Positions 24,598 through 29,079 of a stretch of DNA of 29,079 nt are shown here, piece after piece. The notes beneath the pieces were generated by a model. The model had not been told where the DNA came from. It saw nothing but the letters and a program-made list of their open reading frames with translations, and did no database searches. The stretch's first letter is position 1, and every line of letters begins with the position of its first letter. Made by a program: the position numbers and the translations under genes. Source of the DNA: an uncultured Chthoniobacteraceae bacterium (GTDB lineage Bacteria; Verrucomicrobiota; Verrucomicrobiia; Chthoniobacterales; Chthoniobacteraceae); NCBI GenBank assembly GCA_964489645.1, contig CAZAZT010000037.1:1-29079 (forward strand). The letters run 5' to 3'.

Positions 24598-27500
24598 TAC
24601 TTCACAACTGTTGCATCATGGGTCATCAGCGCCTGCATCAACATCGCAGCCGCCGCCACATCGACCTCCGACGCTTTCGACGAGCGCGCAGCCTGCCCCA
24701 CCCCCACCAGCTTCTTCGCCTCAGCCAGATGCTCCGAATAATACTCCCGCTGCTCCGCGAAAATCCTCGTGCAGATCGACAGCTCATCCCCTCGCACATC
24801 CCGCCCTAAACACGCGCGAAACCCCTCGTTCACCAACTGACCCACCTCTCCAGACGTCTCCTCGAAAAGCCGTTCCCCCAACACCCGAGCCGCTTCGACG
24901 AACTGCGGCCCATTCAAAAGGATCAAAGCCTGCAACGGCGTGTTGGTTCGCTCCCGCTTGACTTGGCACGACGCCCGTCTCGGCGCATCAAACGCCAACA
25001 GCGCCGGAGGCGGTGCCGTCCTCCTCCACCGCGTGTACAGGCTCCGGCGATAAACACCCTCACCCTTGTCTGCCCCAGCCGGACGAAACGCCTCCGCCAA
25101 CTCGTACGGATTCACCGAGGGCCCACCCACGCGTAGCGACAAAAGGCCCGCCTGATGCAACGCCCCATCTCGGATCGCTTCCGCCGGCAACCGAAATCTT
25201 GGCCCCCTCGCAAGCCATTCGTTATCCGGATCATCTGCAAATGCCATCTCCGATCCCCTCGACGTCTGACAATAAACGTCCGAAAGCACGATCTCACGGA
25301 TCAGCGCCTTGAGATTCCAACCGTGATCCATGAAATGCGCAGCGAGCAGGTCCAAGGCATCTACGTGTACAGGCCGCTCACCTTGGCTCCCAAAATCCTC
25401 TGAGGTACGAACCAAGCCTCGCCCGAAAAGACTCTGCCAAATCCGATTCACCGTGACCCGCGCGAACAACGGGTTCGCAGGATCGGTCAACCAACCCGCC
25501 AACCCAAGACGATCCGAGCGCTCAGCGGGCACCAAGGACCCGAGAACAGCCGGCGTTCCCGCAGTCACCGCCTCGCGCGGCTTGTCATACTCACCACGCT
25601 CTCGGACGTAAGTCTTCTTACCGCCGGGCAAATCGCGCATGACCATGATCTCCTTCAACCCCTCAACCTGTTTCGCGAGATCGCCGCGCGCGGTCGCCAA
25701 CTCAGAAAGTGCCCGCACAACAGACTCATCCCGCGAAACCACCCAGTCGCGGACCTGCCCGATCGCCGCGGCCTCACCCGAGGCTGCCCGAGCAATACAC
25801 TCCTGAGGCGCAACAGCATCCCTCTCGCAGGCCACCTCCAGCGAGGTTAATTCCCGTGGAAACACCCGGAAATCATCGACCAATCCCATCCGAAATCCGC
25901 GGTCTCTCATGCGCTCGCCCAAAACGATCGAATCCGAACCTCCCCCCGTGATTTCTTTCGTCAAACGGTCACGAACCACCTCCACCTCAGCCACTTCCCC
26001 GTTCAACCAAACCCGCAAGCCCGAAGCCCGACTCGATCCATCGTAACTCACAACCACATGTGCCCAACGGTCCAATGGGATCTCCCCCTTCGTCCGAACG
26101 GAAATCGCGTCCCCAGGCCAAAAATGGATCAAAGACCACTTCAGTTTTCCCTCCTCCAACAGCAGCTCATATCCACGACTCGCCGCATCCGTCCACGCCT
26201 TGGACCGGCTGAAAACCACCGCGCGCTCCTTCCGGTCAGGAGTCTTCATCCGCAAAGAAACAGAGAAAGGTTGCGAGCGGGTGAAATTCCCCACCGAAGT
26301 TCCCAATGCGTCATCCCCTGAAAACCGGACCGCTTTACCTCGAAACCCCTCCACCAGAACATTTTCTCCAGAAAGTTTAGATGGCTTCGACGCATCAACC
26401 GCGTTCACCAAAACCCCTTTATCCGCTGAATCAAAGTCCAAGGACACCAGGGCCCCTGAACCAGGAACCGGTGGTTTGACCTCATCATTCAGCACTCCCC
26501 CAAGTCGCTGAGCCGCAGCCGCCAAGGCCTCCTTCAAAGCATCTTCCGCCTTCAACACATTTTGCTCCAACTCCCTCTGCCTCAACCGACTCGCCTCCGT
26601 CGTCAACGGCATCGCGGGAGTGGGGGCCGAGGGCGTGAAATAGCTGTAAAGCCCAGCCTCATCGATCTGATCAAAAAAGGCGGCCATCTGGTAATACTCC
26701 CGTTGCGTCAAAGGGTCGTATTTGTGGTCGTGACACCGAGCGCACTCGAAGGTCAGCCCCAAGAACACGGATCCAAATGTCTGGACCCGATCAGCGACAT
26801 ACTCCATCCGATACTCCTCTTCAACCGACCCCCCCTCAGCCTCCTGCTGATGCAACCGATTGAATGTCGTCGCCAGCATCTGCTCCTCCGTTGCATTCGG
26901 CAAAAGATCCCCCGCCAACTGCCATGTGACGAACTGATTGAACGGCATGTTCCGTTCAAAAGCCGAGATGACCCAATCCCGCCAAGGCCATACCTCGCGA
27001 TCCCGATCCACCTGAAACCCATAACTGTCCGCGTACCGAGCATAATCCAACCAATCCGCGGCCATCCGCTCAGCGAACTGAGGCCTGCCCAGCAATCCGT
27101 CCACAACCTTCGCAAAAGCATCCGGTGAAACATCCGCCCGAAATGCAGCCAACTCCGCCCGCGTCGGCGGAAGCCCCGTCAAATCGTAGGTGACCCGCCG
27201 CAGGAGCGTCTCCCGATCCGCTCGGCCCGACATCTTCAACCCCTTCTCCCGAATGCGTTGGAGAACAACCTCATCCAGCGTTTTTCCACGAAATGTCGAG
27301 AGATCCACTGGGATGAAAGACCAATGCCTCTCGTACACCGCCCCCCCAGCAATCCATCTCCGAAGGATGTCAACCTCGCTCGGACTCAGTCTGCCTAGTT
27401 TCGATTTGGGCGGAGGCATCACGTCATCCGCATCGTGTGAGAGGATCCGCTTCATCACCTCGCTCTCCTCGGGACGTCCCGGAATGATAACCGCATCTCG

Positions 27501-27671
27501 GACGGCGCCTTCGACGGTATCCAATCGAAGGTCCCCTTTCCGGTTCGCCTTGTCATTCCCATGACAACCAAAGCACTTGTCCGACAGGATCGGACGCACC
27601 TCCCGGTTAAAGGAAGGGACAGGCGCTGCCATTAACGGTCCAAGTGACAGGATCATCGACACGAAAAGCAT
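24594..27671 (-). CDS. PSCyt1/PSCyt2 (DUF1549)/PSD1 (DUF1553) secreted protein with LamG/ConA-like insert and two CxxCH motifs; module B
   Basis: The ORF track gives 24594..27812 with a TTG start. The preferred start is ATG ~27671 (MLFVSMILSLGPLMAAPVPSFNREVRPILSDKCFGCHG, signal peptide); ATG 27758 is an alternative. CFGCH lies at ~27561-27575 and CARCHDHKYDP at ~26730-26744. The laminin-G-like beta-sandwich spans ~25833-26450 (...FSVSLRMKT...RAVVFSRS...GYELLLEEGKLKWSLIH...WAHVVVSYDGS...LRVWLNGEVAEVEV...GFRMGLVDDFRVFPRELTSLEV). The C-terminal PSD1 block is ...PRRASCQVKRERTNTPLQALILLNG.... Confidence 0.85.
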   Translation of the reverse strand: MLFVSMILSLGPLMAAPVPSFNREVRPILSDKCFGCHGNDKANRKGDLRLDTVEGAVRDAVIIPGRPEESEVMKRILSHDADDVMPPPKSKLGRLSPSEVDILRRWIAGGAVYERHWSFIPVDLSTFRGKTLDEVVLQRIREKGLKMSGRADRETLLRRVTYDLTGLPPTRAELAAFRADVSPDAFAKVVDGLLGRPQFAERMAADWLDYARYADSYGFQVDRDREVWPWRDWVISAFERNMPFNQFVTWQLAGDLLPNATEEQMLATTFNRLHQQEAEGGSVEEEYRMEYVADRVQTFGSVFLGLTFECARCHDHKYDPLTQREYYQMAAFFDQIDEAGLYSYFTPSAPTPAMPLTTEASRLRQRELEQNVLKAEDALKEALAAAAQRLGGVLNDEVKPPVPGSGALVSLDFDSADKGVLVNAVDASKPSKLSGENVLVEGFRGKAVRFSGDDALGTSVGNFTRSQPFSVSLRMKTPDRKERAVVFSRSKAWTDAASRGYELLLEEGKLKWSLIHFWPGDAISVRTKGEIPLDRWAHVVVSYDGSSRASGLRVWLNGEVAEVEVVRDRLTKEITGGGSDSIVLGERMRDRGFRMGLVDDFRVFPRELTSLEVACERDAVAPQECIARAASGEAAAIGQVRDWVVSRDESVVRALSELATARGDLAKQVEGLKEIMVMRDLPGGKKTYVRERGEYDKPREAVTAGTPAVLGSLVPAERSDRLGLAGWLTDPANPLFARVTVNRIWQSLFGRGLVRTSEDFGSQGERPVHVDALDLLAAHFMDHGWNLKALIREIVLSDVYCQTSRGSEMAFADDPDNEWLARGPRFRLPAEAIRDGALHQAGLLSLRVGGPSVNPYELAEAFRPAGADKGEGVYRRSLYTRWRRTAPPPALLAFDAPRRASCQVKRERTNTPLQALILLNGPQFVEAARVLGERLFEETSGEVGQLVNEGFRACLGRDVRGDELSICTRIFAEQREYYSEHLAEAKKLVGVGQAARSSKASEVDVAAAAMLMQALMTHDATVVKY

Positions 27672-27901
27672 CCTCCCCGCCCGAACACGAAGTGCCCCAG
27701 AAAGCAGAGGTCCAAGGGGTCTCCACACCGAATAGAACACGAGAAAGGTATGATTCATTGTCACAGCCAAATTATCCCAGATTTCGCTCCTGTTATAGCC
27801 CCACCTCACCAACCGTGCTTCATTAGCTCAAAACCCGACAACCTCGAATCCGCCAGACAAACTCATCCGCCCCTACACCCGCCGCAAACTCCCCAAGCAA
27901 A
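27672..27901. promoter_or_regulatory. divergent intergenic region between module-B large gene (-) and methyltransferase gene (+)
   Basis: ~230 nt without convincing coding signal; the ORF 27750..28055 is proline-rich nonsense. An AT-richer core lies at ~27725-27790 (gaatagaacacgagaaaggtatgattcattgtcacagccaaattatccc). Confidence 0.3.
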
Positions 27902-28483
27902 ATGTCCACCTCCTTCTCCGTTGATTGGTTTTCCCGGAACATCCCCAGCTTCCAAAAACACCTCGCACCTTACGCTCAAAAGCCCGATCTCAACTTTCTC
28001 GAGATCGGCTCCTTCGAAGGCCGAAGCACCTGCTGGCTCCTCGATAACATCCTGACCGGAACGAAGAGCACGGTCACCTGCGTGGATACCTGGGAAGGAT
28101 CCATGGAACACCAACCAGGCCAGAAGGCGTCCATCTGGGATACATTCAACCACAACGTGAGCTCCTATTCGCCCGACAAACTGATCATCCGCCGCGGAAA
28201 AAGTTGCGAGCGACTCCGAGAACTCCCCTTCGCCAGCATGGATTTCATCTATGTCGATGGATCACACACCACCCGTGATGTGCTGTCAGATGCGGTTCTG
28301 TCGTTCGACCTCCTGAAGGTCGACGGAATCATGGCGTTCGATGACTACCTGTGGCAGGGCTATCCGAAACAACCCCTTCTCAATCCAAAAACTGGCATCG
28401 ACGCCTTTCTGGTCTGCTACCAAGGCCGCTACGAACTTCTCGAGAGGGACTACATCGTCGTCGTCCGCAAAAAGCGCGACTGA
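27902..28483 (+). CDS. class I SAM-dependent methyltransferase (Methyltransf_24 / TylF-CmcI-like O-methyltransferase fold)
   Basis: 193 aa. SAM-binding motif I ...NFLEIGSFEGRSTCWLL..., acidic motif ...CVDTWEG..., and ...MDFIYVDGSHTTRDV.... The assignment is by motif recall only. Confidence 0.72.
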   Translation: MSTSFSVDWFSRNIPSFQKHLAPYAQKPDLNFLEIGSFEGRSTCWLLDNILTGTKSTVTCVDTWEGSMEHQPGQKASIWDTFNHNVSSYSPDKLIIRRGKSCERLRELPFASMDFIYVDGSHTTRDVLSDAVLSFDLLKVDGIMAFDDYLWQGYPKQPLLNPKTGIDAFLVCYQGRYELLERDYIVVVRKKRD

Positions 28484-28507
28484 CCTTTTCTCAACCCAAT
28501 CCCATCC

Positions 28508-28900
28508 ATGCGCCCTCCCACCCACAGCAAACTCATCGCGTACATCACTTGGATTCTCGGGTTTGCCGGGATGCACCGCTTCTACCTCGGTCGCCCCGTC
28601 TCCGGCCTCATCTGGCTCGTCACAGGCGGACTCTTGGGAATCGGTTGGGTGATTGATGCCTTTCTCATCCCGTCGATGGTGGCAGACGCGAACCACCGGT
28701 TCAGTCCAGGCCGCAACGATTACACCATCACTTGGATTCTCTTGGTTTTTTTCGGATACATCGGTTTGCACCGCTTTTACTTGGGGCGGTGGGCCACCGG
28801 CCTACTTTGGCTTTTCACGCTCGGCCTTGGAGGAATCGGTTGGCTTTACGACCTCTGCAATCTCAACACGCAAATCGATCGGCTGAACTCTCGTTTGTGA
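28508..28900 (+). CDS. membrane protein with two tandem TM2 domains
   Basis: 130 aa. Two copies of a TM2-like unit: LIAYITWILGFAGMHRFYLGRPVSGLIWLVTGGLLGIGWVIDAFLIP and ITWILLVFFGYIGLHRFYLGRWATGLLWLFTLGLGGIGWLYDLCNL. The gene starts 24 nt after the methyltransferase stop, so it is probably co-transcribed. Confidence 0.72.
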   Translation: MRPPTHSKLIAYITWILGFAGMHRFYLGRPVSGLIWLVTGGLLGIGWVIDAFLIPSMVADANHRFSPGRNDYTITWILLVFFGYIGLHRFYLGRWATGLLWLFTLGLGGIGWLYDLCNLNTQIDRLNSRL

Positions 28901-28966
28901 CACGACTGGGACAGCCTTTTCAATGCGACCCGCAGGAACTCGGGTGTCCAAGAAAAAGTCCATCCA

Positions 28967-28985
28967 GTGCCGAGAGACTCGGCAC
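28967..28985. other. perfect 8-bp palindrome / hairpin near the 3' window edge
   Basis: gtgccgag-aga-ctcggcac. On the minus strand it is followed 9 nt later by ctttttctt. It is a candidate terminator for a minus-strand gene entering from beyond nt 29079 (stop TAG at 29026-29028 in one frame), but the region is ambiguous. Confidence 0.2.
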
Positions 28986-29079
28986 CCGTCCTTAAAGAGG
29001 CTGAGCACCTCCCGTTGGGAAAGCACTAAACCGTCGCTGCAGGTTTGCGTCCGGTGATGGCCTCGCGACGACCTTTTCC

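Noticed and set aside
23155-27901. apparent 1-nt offset between my manual base count and the ORF-track coordinates in this stretch
   Set aside because: My hand indexing of the printed lines was 1 nt short of the ORF-track ends at ~24595 and ~27812, but agrees exactly at 23155 and at 27902. This is most likely a counting artefact on my part rather than a frameshift. I used the ORF-track coordinates throughout.
1-29079. search for CRISPR arrays, transposases/integrases, tRNA or rRNA genes
   Set aside because: No direct-repeat/spacer arrays, no IS-like terminal inverted repeats or recombinase-like translations were seen. No intergenic segment is long or structured enough for a tRNA. The region looks like core chromosome.

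Overview
The window is a high-GC (about 58-60%), densely coding chromosomal segment, most likely from a member of the PVC superphylum (Planctomycetota or Verrucomicrobiota). The taxonomy is inferred from gene content: three copies of the PVC-typical two-gene modules that pair a large secreted PSCyt/PSD protein with a Tat-exported DUF1501 or DUF1552 protein. Canonical Shine-Dalgarno motifs are largely absent. These modules sit among housekeeping genes. On the minus strand, serA-pepA-apbE-serS form a tightly coupled operon at 1-5072. A flotillin-like SPFH protein with five internal tandem repeats is encoded at 5290-7620 on the plus strand. Module A (PSCyt1/PSCyt2/PSD1 gene then DUF1501 gene) lies at 7698-12296 on the minus strand, immediately downstream of an orphan fabF-like KAS II gene (12332-13576). 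Module C (DUF1587/1592/1595/1588/1585-type gene then DUF1552 gene) lies at 13885-18570 on the plus strand. pyrF follows on the plus strand. A minus-strand run then carries module B (paralog of A) -> rmlD -> a long disordered K/S/P/A-rich lipoprotein with a C-terminal TPR -> ruvC -> lipB (19623-27812). A SAM methyltransferase and a tandem-TM2-domain membrane protein (27902-28900) end the window. No tRNA, rRNA, CRISPR array, transposase or integrase was found. The many long ORFs antisense to real genes, up to 546 aa, are artefacts of GC-rich codon bias. The most interesting content is the function-unknown PSCyt/PSD + DUF1501/DUF1552 modules, each with two CxxCH motifs and variable beta-sandwich inserts. 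Next are the repeat-expanded flotillin and the disordered TPR lipoprotein. Everything is inferred by eye from translations; no searches were run.
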